64,000 bases of DNA, taken from assembly GCF_009914755.1 (NCBI RefSeq), contig NC_060939.1. The stretch is one strand, 5' to 3'. Below the pieces are notes generated by a model, which ran no database searches, had not been told where the DNA came from, and worked only from the letters and a program-made list of their open reading frames with translations. Below are positions 46,652 to 64,000 of this stretch, piece by piece. Origin of the DNA: the human T2T-CHM13v2.0 reference genome, Homo sapiens. How positions within the stretch are numbered: the stretch's first letter is position 1; every line of letters starts with the position of its first letter. The position numbers were made by a program, and so were the translations under genes.

Positions 46652-49090
46652 ACAAGCTTGGTTTCATAGAGAACTTTCATCCCAACAAGGACATGATTTT
46701 TCAACTGAAAAACATTCCCAAATTTTACTCTTGAAGAGGGAGATTAACCATTGTGTTTTAGGTTTTGAAATGGAATTGTTTCCAAATTTTGGCTTTTGTG
46801 AATAAAACTGCTGTGAGCATTTCTGTACAAAAAAAGAGAGTGTGCTTTTAGTTTCCAAGTACTTGCACATATTCCTATTATATGTTACGGATTTCTAGCC
46901 TGATTTCACTATGATCAGAGAATATACTCTATATGAGTTTAATTCTTTTAAATATGTTAATGTTTGATTTACCATCCAGGATATGGTCTATCTTGGCAAA
47001 TGCTCCACGGTCTTGAAAAGAGTATGTATCCTGTCATCAATGGATGGACTGGATCCTGTTGTCTGATAGTGTTGTCCAGTTCTATATCCTTGCCTATTTT
47101 CTGTCTAGTTTTCTATTGATTATTTGAATAGATTGACAATTGATAGATTAAAAAGTAGATTCTGACCCAAGAGAGGAGTGGTATATTTGGCCAGGAGGGA
47201 AGTGGCACATACAATTGCTGGTACAGGCATGCACTGGCCTTGTGGTGACAGTAAGGGGAAGTGGGGATTGCAGCAGACGCACCGTCGGCAGGATGTGCCT
47301 GACCGTGGCTTGCTTCTTCTCCTTCAGGAGGCTCCACTGCCTGATAGCTTCCTAGCACTCACACTGCCCAGGCACACTGTCCCTCCATTTTTCCAAGCCC
47401 AGGACTCCAGCATGTCTGTAGCAGGACCTAGAACTATGCTGATTCCAGTAGCCATCGAATTTCAAAATCCATGTGTGTAGTGTGGGAGACTTTGAAGATG
47501 CGTGTCTAGTGCAGCGTTGGAGAAATCATATCACCCTTCATGCCTCAGTTGCCTCTCCTATGCAATGAAAGAGAGGGACTAAAATGACTCTTAACTTTTC
47601 CTTCCAGCTTTAAAATATTTCTTCAGTGAGTGATATATCTAAATTACCATTGCACAAGTTCACAAATTCAATTGTCACCACAGTGTTTGCATCCTAATTA
47701 GATAGAAAATCTTTCTAGTGTGAAGAGTGTGCAGCAATTCTGCATTTATATAGAAAGAGATGCTTTAGAATATGTTACTAATTTCCTCCTTGATTGTCAG
47801 ACACTGGTCAGTCAGAGAGCAAAGATACCCAAGACTGGTTCCTTGCTCCTCTGGATAAGCTAAGTCCAGTTGGAAGTTCATGTATCCTGTGGTAGGCTAC
47901 AGTGAAGCACCTTCCTCATGGTGTCACTGGGCACCACATGGATCCCCTGAGGTAGAAAATTGCAAATGGGGAGACAGTGGGTGAGCTTGGCTTCCAACCC
48001 AGATCTCTCTGGCTCTATAGCAAGATGATTTGACCATTGCACTATTTGTAGAAAACTCAAGGCAAGCCTATTCAAAAATATTCCTCACACCCCAACAATG
48101 CAGCACTTGCAAGAAGATATATTAAGGTGCTTCCATGTGCAATAGGCAAGCAAAATTCACAATTCTAGAGATTTTTCCACTGTGTACACAAGGAATTGTG
48201 AATTTCCCAAATAAAACAGCATATGTACACACCAAGAACAAGTGTTCATTTCAAAGAAGGCAACTCCCCTAAAGCATCCTGTCATTTAGTCCTCATAAGT
48301 CATCATCACATGTGAGAACATGCTCTGTGCTTTGTGAGTGAAAAGATTTTTAACAAACAACTAAACATAAAGTTATGAGGTAGGATGCTCCTCTTTGGTT
48401 TTGTGACTTTAACGTTCCACCATGATCATCATCTGGTCCCTGGGGCAGCAGAGGGGGCTGATGAAAGCACCCATGATCCCTGGGACAAATTAGGACTTGT
48501 CTGCCTGTCTCATTTAAATGCTAAATCACGTATCATTGGCAGAACCCAGCAACTTGATGATATTCAATCAGAAAACAGAGTCACTACCCAAGAACAGCTC
48601 TCCCGGTAAAAGATACTGAATTAGAAACCATTTTCTTTCATGGCTCAGAAGGGCTCTGCTTTAAAAGAGAACTTCCTATAAACATCTGAATCCCTTTTCT
48701 TTTCTCATGACTTTTTTTTTTTTTCAAATCTAGCCAATTTCATTTGCTATAACCATCGGGCCTTCTCATCCCTTATCAAGGTGCAGTGAACTTATATGTA
48801 CATAATGTGCTGTACGTGGATTTACTATTAGTTTGTGGGAGAGGCCAGCTCATTGCTCACTTCCTTTACACCCCCGACCCTGGTACACCCTGGGAGCCCC
48901 CGGGAGGCTCTCCACACTTGCGATCTTCTGATGGCGAGAGACAAAGAAGGGGACTCTCCAGATAGCACTTCGGAGTAGATAGGGGCACTCCCACTTTGGT
49001 CTAAATTAACCTGTTTAATTTGAAACTCTTGAAAGTTGCACTTTGCTTCTCAGATAAAGACCAAGCCCCTTAAAAATGACATTAAGATGG

Positions 49091-49337
49091 AAGGCTGAGG
49101 CAGGAAGATTGCTTGAGCCCAGGAGTTTGAGACCAGTCTGAGCAACATAAGAGACCTTGTTTCTACAAAAATAATAGTAAAAAATAGTCAGGTGTGGTGG
49201 CACATGCCTGTGGTCCCAGCTACTCAGGAGGCTGAGGCAGGAGGATGGCTTGAGTCCAGGAGTTCAAGGCTGTAGTGAGCTATGACTGTGCCACTGCACT
49301 CCAGCCTGGTAGATGGTGCAAGAACCTGTCTCTAAAA
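49091..49337 (+). mobile_element. AluJ, 5'-truncated
   Basis: 'gattgcttgagcccaggagtttgag...gctgtagtgagctatga'. Confidence 0.88.
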
Positions 49338-52300
49338 GGAAAATAATTTTAAAAAGACATAAAGAGACAAACCTCAAGCCTCAAACTATTATCTGTTTCT
49401 TTTCTACTTCTCCACTACCATTTGCTGACTCTGTGAATCACGTGCCGGGTACTTCAGGGACACTAGACCTCCTGTTTTCTTCTTCTGGACCCTTGATTTT
49501 GCTGCTGTCCTGGCCCGTTTTTCCCCCGTCTGTGCTGAGCTCACCATGCCTGTCTTCGAGCCTCGTTGTCGCCCCCTACAGGAAGCCCTCCCTCATTTCG
49601 TGTCCCTTCCCCACCTCCCCACTGTGGTGGTGAGTTTCTTCTAGCATCAGTTTTTTCATCTTTGAAACAATGATAATACATTTTGAAGGCCTGTCTTGAG
49701 GATAATGTGGTATGGTGTGACATGAACAGTTTCTACAGCATTGTTGTGTACTTTCCACATTGTACAGCTGAGGACTGGTCTTTTTTTTTCCCTCTAGGGC
49801 GCTGTTTCCAATTCCTAACTATAGAGGCATCCATGTATGTTGGCATCTCCCAACATACGTGGTCCAACTGCAGCAGGGCGATCCATCATCAGGAAACAAT
49901 TGTGCATCACTGTTATTTTTAACAACAAATAGATGGGATTTAATAGACTCGTTCGTTCATGTTGCGTGGAAGTAACAAATCTGCATGGAATCCTCTAATT
50001 AGTTTTCATAATACAAATTGTGATCATTATGTTTTAAAAATAATGACTCCTCTCCTAGACATTATTTCTTCTCAACTAACTTCTAAATTATGGATATATC
50101 TGTTTTAGTTCCCTTCTTTATCCATCCTTTTAAGTAATGCTTCAGCCCTGTCCTTAGCTGGTTCAGGGTGATGTAGGGTGTCATTTTTCTTGGAACAGAT
50201 CTTGTCATGTGAGCTGGGAAAGGCTGGAGGAGGATAAACCTTTTAAGAAAATCACGAAAAGGAAGAGAAATGGCCTAAGTAAATTTCACTTCCTTCAGGG
50301 TTTCAAGAAACTTAAACCACTCTACTGAAAGCAGATGATTAGAGAATACAGATTCCCTCCCCAGTATGTGGGCAATCAATCTGTGCCAAATATGGTCATG
50401 CTGGGAAAAACAGAAGGTTACATATTGGCTTTTAAAAGTGAATAGACACTCTGTGGAGTCCTGGGCAACGCTGACTGATGGGTTCACTGAATCCAGGCAA
50501 AACATCTGAATCATCTTGTCTTGGCCGTATCAATGGCTAGAGGGCTTCTTCAAGTGTTTGCATATCTGAACTTCTGTTCCAGGCTTTTCTAAAATGTATT
50601 TTCCCAGTTCAGTTGAAACTTCTGCTAAATATGGAATAAGAATATTCAGTATGTGCTGAAGCTGGTTGCATGGTGAGGAGGTGAGGTGTGTTATGGCTGC
50701 AGCCCATGGCAGGAGATCCCAGCCTCCTCCTCTGCCAGGGCTGCCCACACACCCCACCTGGGCAGGAATGCTGGAGGAAGGTGCCACCAGGGCTTGCTTT
50801 CTTCCAGCTTTCCAGGCTGGACATGACACCGGGCACTGACTCAGGATGGCTGAGATGATGCAGACAACTCCTTGCTGGGCAGCGCGAGAGGAATCCCTGC
50901 CCGTTCCTGGATGAGGAAGTGAAAACAGAAAATGACTGTAGAGTGGGGCTGTGTCCCCCAAATAGGTCAGGAGTTAGTTTTGTTGCAGATACTAGGTTTT
51001 AAAACAACTAAAAGCAATAAAATATGGGCCTTGAATTATAATTTTTAAATGAGTCTTCTTATGCAGCTCCTTGATGTCTTTCAGTGAAAAATTATAAGCA
51101 CAGTTGAGTTGCCTTAGAACTCTAGGCTGGAAGCTGAGGGAGCACTGGTCACAGATGGGCCACCTCCAAGAGGATTGGATTAGCCAGTGGAAAGCAGACG
51201 AAGCCCCCCACTTGCATTTTTCTGAGCTGGTCTTGGTGTTAATGGAATAACCTCGCCATGCCCCGCCACAGGTTTTGAGAGATTATGTTGGAACGCCCTG
51301 TTTAAGTGAAATTTGGAGTGTATGAAGGGCCGTACAAAGAACCAGATGTATGATTAAGATACTATGATTGATAATGAAGGCATACAATAGTCCTTCATCC
51401 TGATTGTTTCCGTATTTTAAGAAAAATAGGAGACACAATGTTTTAATCCAAAGGAGTAAAGTACAAATGCCACAGTGTAGGTGAAGGAAGTGGGAGTTGG
51501 AGGTAGAGTGTGAGATATTTTGGGGTCCCTCGATCCACTGTGTCCTGATGACTCACCATCTAGGTGCCCCAGGCTGGTGGCTGCCTGCCGGACCACCCCT
51601 CTGACTCAATGAATCAAACCAACCTTTTCCTTCTCCATGCACATCTGGTAACTGTGTTAGCTGTTCATGTAGTTCAGCCTGGCCAGTCCTCACCTGAAAT
51701 CCACAGCCCACCGTGCATACAAATGACTTGTCATTTACCAGCAATTACTGTATATCCAGAAAATAATTCAAATGTATTCACTCCACTCTCGGAACAGATG
51801 TAGGAGGAGAGGAAACAGACATTCTTAATTGCTGTGCTTGAAGTAAAAGCTATTACTGTAGAGTTAGTTAACTGATTCTCTCACAAAGTTAATTCAAATG
51901 CATAAGGGAGGTGGAGAATAAATTTTGTAGAGAAATTATACCTGTCATCTCCAGGAGAGACTAAGTAGACATCCAAAGGCCGCCGAGTTCAGACCTCAGC
52001 TTAACACACGTTGGCGGCTGAACTTTCCCCACCTCTTCCTCACCACTTTGGGCAGCTGACCCTTCGCACACACACCTGAGCACCTAGGATTGCACCATGC
52101 CACCCCTATCGAGGTAAAGCTCCGTGTGAGACAGTGCTGTGTTGGAGCCCACTCATGCACTTCACAGTTCATTAAAAATATGTGCTGGATTTCAAAAATA
52201 GGGAATATATAATGTGGTTTCAGCATCTAAGTATTTTATTTTTTCTTATATGCTGTTTGGCAAATAACTCAGGTGACATGTCCTGAGGTATAATCTAGTG

Positions 52301-52567
52301 CTGGTCTTGATTTGAATATTCAGCTCAGTTCATAGAATAACAAATGATCTGTTTCTTATGTTTATTCATTACTGCTCCAGGAATTGAGCAATGTGGATTA
52401 GAAAGTGTTTGAGTGAGAAAAGATCTGGACTCACATAATGAGTTATCCCACCAGTTACCAGCAGGTTTCAGAGTGAAAGAGACAGCCTCACTGGACCGTG
52501 GGTTTCTGTCTCTAAACGAAATAATTAAACCTATATTCCAAGTCCTGCTGTAAGAATTACAGGTAAT

Positions 52568-52778
52568 GCACTTTGGAAGGCCAAGGTGGGCGGATCACGA
52601 GGTCAGGAGATTGAGACCATCCTGGCTAACATGGTGAAACCCCATCTCTACTAAAAATACAAAAAAATTAGCTGGGAGTGGTGGCAGGTGCCTGTAGTCT
52701 CAGCTACTCGGGAGGCTGAGGCGGGAGAATGGCGTGAGCCCGGGAGGCGGAGCTTGCAGTGAGCCGAGATCACACCAT
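52568..52778 (+). mobile_element. AluY internal fragment truncated at both ends
   Basis: AluY diagnostics (ggctaac, gaatggcgtg, gagcttgcag); no 5' end, no A tail, no TSD. Confidence 0.88.
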
Positions 52779-53219
52779 AATTCATAAGATGGCAGGGGGC
52801 ATCAGGTGCCTTCCATACTTCCCAGCTCCACACAGTGCTTCGGCTTCTGTTTCGGGTTGGTTTATGAGTACCGGAATAGAGCCCTTAGACAACTTTACTG
52901 TCGTAAATGCTTTGCCTTACATTGAACTTTCAGTTCAGCTGTCTGCATTTCATCACTCTGTAATTAACATCCATATCCAAGACATCTTACAGATCCTCTT
53001 ATGAAGTATTACTGTGCCTATACTGATCAGATTATCGTTCTCATAATCCATAATTCAAGGACCAATGTAAACGCAAGATCATAGTTTCCTAGGATATCAT
53101 GGTTTGAAGGGATTCTAAAGGACATCTAATCCAACAGTTCACAAACCTGGCATTACGTCAGAACCGCCGGAAGAGCTGGAAGTCAGAGCCCAACCTCAAG
53201 AATTACTGAATCGGAATAG

Positions 53220-55020
53220 TTATTCCGTTTTCTAGTTCCTTGATTTCCATTTTGATAACCGTTCTGCTTACTTTGTGTTTCATGTGTTGTTTTTCTAGTT
53301 TTGAGGTGGAAGACGAAGGCATTGATTTGAGACGTTCTTTTCTAATTTTCATATTTAGTGTCATTAATTTCCTCCTGTGTATTACTTTATTAGCATCCTA
53401 TAGATTTCAGTGTTTTAATTTCACTTACATTCAATAAAAAACAGCTCCTAATTTCCTTTTTGATTTCTTCTTTGACCAATGTAGTATTTAGTGTGGTATT
53501 TATTTTTCAAATATTTGAGGTTATTCCAGATATCATTCAGTTATTGATTTCTAATTTAATTTCACTGTGCTTAAAGAACATACTCTGAATAACATAAATC
53601 CTTTTAAGCTTATTGAGAGCTGTTTTATGGCACAGAATATGGTCTCTCATGCTGTGTACTTGGAAAGAATGTATATTCTGCTGTTGTTAGATGCAGTTGT
53701 TTCATAAATTAGACAAATTAGGTGAAGTTGGTTTATACTTTTGTTAAAGTCTACTTGCTGCTTTTCTATCTATTTCTATTAATCAAGAGTGAAATCTTGA
53801 TATTTCTAGCAATAACTGTAGCTGTATTTTTCTTTAGTTCTATCAGTGTTTGAGTCATGAATTTTGAAGCATTATTACCAGGGGTAAATGCATTTAGGAT
53901 TTTTATGTTTTCTTAATTAATTAACCACTTTATCATTGTATAATGAACGTCTTTATACCTAGCAACATTCTTTGCTATGAAATCTACTTTGTCAGGTGTT
54001 AAAATAGCCACTTCAGCTTTTCTTTGACTAGTGTTAGTATGGTATATACGTCTTTCCATCCTTTTACTTTTAACCTATGTTTGTCTTTGTGTTTAAAATG
54101 TGTTTCTTGTAGATGACATATAGGTGAATCTTGCCTTTAATAAAAAAGCCCAATCTAACAATCTCTGCCTTTAAATTGGAGTCTTTAGACCATTTATATT
54201 TACTGTTGCTATTGATGCAGTTTGATTTCAGTTTATGATCTTTTTATTTTTCTTTCTTTTTTTGCTCCTTTCCCCTCTTTTTATGATTGTCTTCCTTTAT
54301 TTTCCTAATTAGCCGTAACTACAATTTTATATTGTTATTTTAGTGGTTGCATTAAAGATTTATAGTATTGTATACATTTTTAACTTATCACAGTCTACCT
54401 TCAATTAATATTATACCCTTTCAGCATGGCTGAAAATATTTTTATTTTGCCTGTGTGAAAACATCTTCATTGAAATATGATTCATATACCATAAAATTCA
54501 TCCAATTATAGTGTACAGTCCAATGGCTTTCAGTATATTCACAATATTGTGCAGCCATAATTTAGGTTTAGAACATCTTCATCTGTGCAAAAAGGAGAAA
54601 GCTACTCACTCAGGGGTAGTCACTCCACATTATCCTTGCCACTCTTCTTTGAGCCCTTGGTAACCAATAGTCTAATTTCCATCACTATGAATTTGCCTGT
54701 AATGTACCTTTGATATAAATGGAACCGTTAGAATAGGTGACTGGTTTCTTGAATGTTTTCAAGGTTTATCAATGTGATAGCATGTATCAGTACTTCTTTC
54801 ATCTTATTCTTAGTTGCCAAATCATATTCTATGTTTGTGTTTTGTTTGTCTCTTCATCAGTTGATACTGATAACATTAAACAGGCATTTTGATTGTTTTT
54901 CAATAGTGGATATTCTAAATAATGATGCTATGAATATATGTATATAAGTTTTACATGGATAAATGTTTTGATTTTTCTTAGATATACATGTAAGAGTGGA
55001 ATTGCTGGATGATTTAGTTT
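53220..55020 (-). mobile_element. Antisense old L1M fragments
   Basis: ORF2 EN-region and L1MB-like 3' UTR patterns. Confidence 0.7.
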
Positions 55021-56362
55021 TTGACCGATTTTATTCAACTTTTTTATTGTTAACTTTTGTGGGTATATAGTAGGTATTTATGCTTATGAGGTACATGAGA
55101 CATTTTGGTACAAGCATGCAATGCATAATAATCACATCGAGGAAAATTGGGTATCCATTGCCTCAAGTGTTTTTTTATGTTACAAACAATTCAGCTATAT
55201 GCTTTTAATTATTTTAAAATGTACAATTAAATTATTTTTGACTATAGTTCCCCTCTTGTGCTATCAAATACTAGGTCTTGTTCATTCTTTCTAACTATTC
55301 TTTTATATTCATTAACTGTCCCCACCTTCCCCTCCTCCTCACCACCCTTCCCAGCCTCTGATAACCATCCTTCTAGTCTCTATGTCCATGACTTCAATTG
55401 TTTTGATTTTAGATCCCACAAATAAGTGAGAACATCCAATGTTTGTCTTTCTGTGCCTGGCTTATTTCACCTAATGATCTCCAGTTCTATCTATGGCATT
55501 GCAAATGACAGGATCTCATTTTTTAATAGCTGAATAGTATTACATTATGTATATGTGCTGCATTTTCTTTATCCATTCATCTGTTCATGGACACTTAGGT
55601 TGCTTCCAAATCTTGGCTATTGTGAACAGTGCTGCAATGAACATCAGAATGAAGATATCTCTTCCATATACTAATTTCCTTTATTTTGGGTATATACCCA
55701 GCAGTGGAATTGCTGGATCATATGGCAGCTTTGTTTATAGTTTTTTGAAACACTTCCAAAATGTTCTCTGTAGTGATTTATTAATCTACATTTCCACCAA
55801 CAGTGTACAAGGGTTCCCTTTTCTCCACATCCTTGCCAGCATTTGTTATTGCTTGACTTTTGGATAAAAGCCATTTTAACTGGGGTGAGAGGATATCTCA
55901 TAGTTTTGATTTGCATTTCTCTGATTATCAGTGATGTTGAGCATCTTCTCATATGCCTGTTTGCCATTTGTATATCTTCTTTTGAGAAATATCTATTAGA
56001 ATCTTTTGCCCATTTAAAAATCAGATTATTAGATTTTTTTTCCTATAATGTTTGTGTGAGCTCATTATATATTCTGGCTATTAATCTCTTGTCAGATGGA
56101 TAGTTTGCAAATATTTTCTCCCATCTGTGAGTTGTCTCTTTACTTTGTTCTTTGTTGATTGTTTGCTTTGCTATGCAGAAGCTTTTTAATGTGACGTGAT
56201 CTCATTTGGCCATTTTTGTTTTGGTTGCCTTGCTTGTGGGCTATTACTCAGGAAATTTTTGCTCAGACCAGTGTCCTAGAGAGTTTCCCCAGTGTTTTCT
56301 TGTAGTACTTGTAGTAGTTCCATATTTTAAGGTCTCGGATTGAAACCTTTAATCCATTTTGA

Positions 56363-56635
56363 TTTTTTTTTTTTTTTTTTTAAGACAGAGTCTTGCTCTG
56401 TCATCCAGGCTGAAGTGCAGTGGTGCAATCTCGGCTCATTGAAACCTCCGCCTCCTGGGTTCAAGTGATTCTTTTGCCTCAGCCTCCTGAGTAGCTGGGA
56501 CTACAGGCATGCGCCACCAGACCTGGCTAACTTTTGTATTTTCAATAGAGATGGGATTTCACCATGTTGGCCAAGCTGTTCTTGAACTCCTGACCTCGTG
56601 ATCCACTCGCCTTGGCCTCCCAAAGTGCTGTTATT
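56363..56635 (-). mobile_element. AluS
   Basis: Poly-T plus antisense Alu. Confidence 0.9.
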
Positions 56636-57246
56636 ACGTGATGTGATTTTTGTTAAGGCAAGTGATGGGGCCAAGTTTCATTCTTCTGCATATGAATATC
56701 GAGTTTTCCTAGCACCATTTATTGAAGACATTCTTTCCCACCAGTGTCTTATATTCTCAGCACCTTTGTCAAAAATGAGTTCACTGTAGGTGTATGGATT
56801 TGTTTCCAGGTCCTCTATTCTGTTCCATTGGTTTATGTGTCTGTTTTTTATGCCACTGCCATGCTGTTTTTGTTACTATAGCCTTGTAATGTAATTTGAA
56901 GTCAGGTAATATGATTCGTTCAATTTTTTTTTTTCCCCCAGGATAGCTTTGACTATTTTGGGTCTTCTGTGATTCCATATACATTTTAGGATAGTTTTTT
57001 AAAATTTTATTTTGGTGAAAACTGTCATTGGTATTTTGATAGGGATTGCATTCAATTTATAGATTGCTTTGGGTAGTATAGACATTTTAACAATATTTAT
57101 TCTTCCAATCCATGAACATAAAATATCTTTCCATTTTTTGATATCCTCTTCAATTTTTTCATCAGTGTTTCATAGTTTTTATTACAGAGATCTTTCACAT
57201 CTTTGGTTAATTCCTGGGTATTTAATTTTATGTGTAGCTATTGTAA

Positions 57247-57577
<331 letters not shown>

Positions 57578-60289
57578 TAAAATTTCTTTTTTATATTGTT
57601 CACTTGGCATATAGAGATGTGACTGATTTTTGTATGTCAAACTGTATCCTGCAACTTAACTAAATTTGTCAGTTCTAATAGTTTTCTTGTGGAATCTTTA
57701 GTTTCTTCCAAATATAAGATCATATCATCTTTACACCAGGATAATTTGATGACTTCTTTTCCAATTTGGATGTTTTTATTTCTTTCTCTTCTCTGATTGC
57801 TTTAGGTAGGACTTCAAATACTATGTAGAATAACAGTGGTGTAAGTAGGCATCCTTGTCATGTTCCAGATCTTAGAGGAAAGGCTTTCAGTTTTTTCCCA
57901 TTCAATATGATACTAGCTGTGGGTCTGTCATATACAGCTTTTATTGTGTTGAGATATGTTCCTTCTACACCCAGTTTTTTGAGGGTTATCATGTAGTGAT
58001 ATTAAACTTTATCAAATGCTTTTTCAGCATGAAGTGATCATATGTTTTTTGTCCTTTGTTCTGTCGATATATCACATTGATTGATTTGTGTATGTTGAAC
58101 CCTTCTTGCATTCCTGGAAGAAATCCCACTTGGACATGATGAGTGATCTTCTAAATTCATTGTTGAATTCTGTTTGTTTGTATTTTGTTGAGTATTTTTG
58201 CATCAATATCCATCAGAGATATTGGCCTGTAGTTTTCTTTTTTTTGATGTGTCTTTATTTGGTTTTGGTATCAAGGTAATATTGACTTCATAGAATGAAT
58301 TTGGAAGTATCCCCTCTATTTTTAGGAACAGTTTGAGTAGGATTGCTATTAGTTATTTAAATATTTGGTAGAATTCAGCAGTAAAGACATCAGTTCCCAG
58401 GCTTTTATTTACTGGGGAAATTTTTATTATGGCTTTGATCTTATTACTTTTTATTGGTCTGTTCAGGTTTTGGATTTCTTCATGGTTCAATCTTGGTAGG
58501 TTGTATGTATCATCTAGGAATTTATTCATTTCTTCTAGATTTTCAAATTTATTCACATATAGTTGATCATAGCAGCCACTAATGATCCTTTAAATTTCTG
58601 CTGTATCAGTTGTAATGTCTCCCTTCATTTCCAATGTTACTTATTTGGGTCATCTCTCTTTTTTTCTTAGTCTGGCTAAAGGTTTGTCAATTTTGTTTAT
58701 CTTTTCAAAAAAACCAACTTTTTGTTTCATTGATCTTTTGCATTATTTTCACTTCAAATTCTTTTATATCTGCTCTGATCTTTATTATTTCTTTTCTTCT
58801 ACTCATTTTGAGTTTGGTTTGCTCTTGATTTTCTAGTTCTTTAGAGATACATCACTAGGTTACGTATTTGAAGTTTTTCTTTTTCTATGTAGGCACTTAC
58901 AGCTATAAATTTCCCTCTTAGTACTAATTTTGCTGTTTCCCATAGACTTTGGTATGTTGTGTTTCCATTATCATTTGATTCAAGAAGTTTTTCAATTTTC
59001 TTCTTAATTTCCTCATTGACCCACTAGTCTTTCAGGGCCATATTGTTTCATTTCCATTTGTTCATATAGTTTTCAAAATTCCTCTTGTTATTATAGTTTT
59101 ATTTCATTGCAGTTAGAAAACATGTTTGATAGTATTTTAATTTTTTTGACTGTTTTAAGACATGTTTTGTGACATAACATATGGTATACCCTTGAGTATG
59201 ATCCATGTGTTGAGGAGAAAAATGTGTTTTCTGCAGCCCTTGAATGCAGTGTTCTGTGAATATCTATCAGGTCCATTTGTTCTATAGTGCAGATTAAGAT
59301 GAGTGTTTCTTTGTTGATTTTCTGTCTGGGAGATCTTTCAAGTGTTGAAAGTGGGGCATTGAAGTCTCCAGCTATTATTGTGCTATTGTCTGTTTCTCTC
59401 TTTAGCTCTAATAATATTTGCTATATATATATATCTGTGTGCTCCAGTGTTGGGTGCATATATATTTAAAATTATTATATCCTCTTGCCGAATTGAACCC
59501 TTTATCATTGATAATGATCCTTTTTGTCTCTTCCCATAGTTTTTGTCTTGAAATCTGTTTCGTCTGATATAGCTACCCCTTCTGCTTTTTAGGTTTCCAT
59601 TGGCATGGAATATCTTTTCCCATCCCTTTATTTTCAGTCTATATGCATCTTTATAGGTGAAGTGTGTTTCTTGTAGGCAACAGATCAGATCATTGGGTCT
59701 TTTTTTCCCATCCATTCAGCCCTCCATGTCTTTTGATTGGAAAGTTTAGTCCATTTACATTCAATGTGATTATTGCTAAGTAGGGACTTACTTATGCTGT
59801 TTTGTTACAGATATTCTCGGTTTTTTGCAGTCTTCCTTTCCTTCCTGTATTTCTTTTAGTGAGTGTGGTTTTCTCTGGTGGTTTGCTTTAATTTCTTTCT
59901 ATTCTTTGTGTATACGTTTTATGTTTTTTGATTTGAGGTTCCCATGAGGCTTGCAAATACTCTATAACTCATTATTTGAAACTGATGATAACTCACCACT
60001 GATAGTAAAAAAAAATGCATGCAAAAGGAAAACTAATAAAAACTCTACACTTTAAATTTGCCCACTTTCTAACTTTTGTTTCTCTTTATATCTTATTGTA
60101 CTGTCTATGTCTTCAAAGGTTGTAGTTATTATTATTTATTGGTTCATCATTTATTCTTTCTATTTAAGAGCAAGAGTGGTTTCCACATCACAGTTAGTGT
60201 TATACTATTCTGTGTTTTTCTGGGTGCTTGCTATTATCAGTGAGTTTTGTACCTTTAAATGGTGTCTTCTTGCTCATTGTTTGAGTGTG

Positions 60290-63900
<3,611 letters not shown>

Positions 63901-64000
63901 CTTAATCCTTATGGCATTCTTCTTCTTCTGGGCAGAATCCCCATGCCAGTATATAATGCCAGGGCCTGGGACAGCAGCCCAATACTCCCAGAGTGATATC

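Overview
Human genomic DNA from the 15q12 GABA-A receptor cluster; the locus is recognised from the proteins, and a human-specific AluYb8 supports the species call. The + strand carries the last four coding exons and 3' UTR of GABRA5 (2769-13817, poly(A) signals at ~14185 and ~14760-14772). About 22 kb of repeat-rich intergenic DNA follows, containing a TVP23B-type processed pseudogene and an orphan CpG-rich promoter-like patch. Then come the CpG-island promoter and first two coding exons of GABRG3 (37114-37166, 42573-42721) and the start of its L1-rich intron 2. Almost all other ORFs in the track are Alu/L1 fragments or chance GC-rich frames. I see no evidence of a wholly new biological system. 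The best leads are: (i) a ~290-bp, ~95% identical direct duplication bracketing the GABRA5 terminal exon; (ii) a partly conserved GABRA3-type I/M A-to-I editing hairpin in GABRA5; (iii) a complete cryptic 3' splice site 30 nt after a GABRA5 donor; (iv) an NRF1/E2F-motif CpG patch with a minus-strand splice donor beside the AluYb8; and (v) unusual transposon architectures (a 4-level nest, a twin-primed L1 and a doubly truncated AluY). Repeat subfamily names come from recalled consensus sequences and need RepeatMasker/Dfam confirmation.
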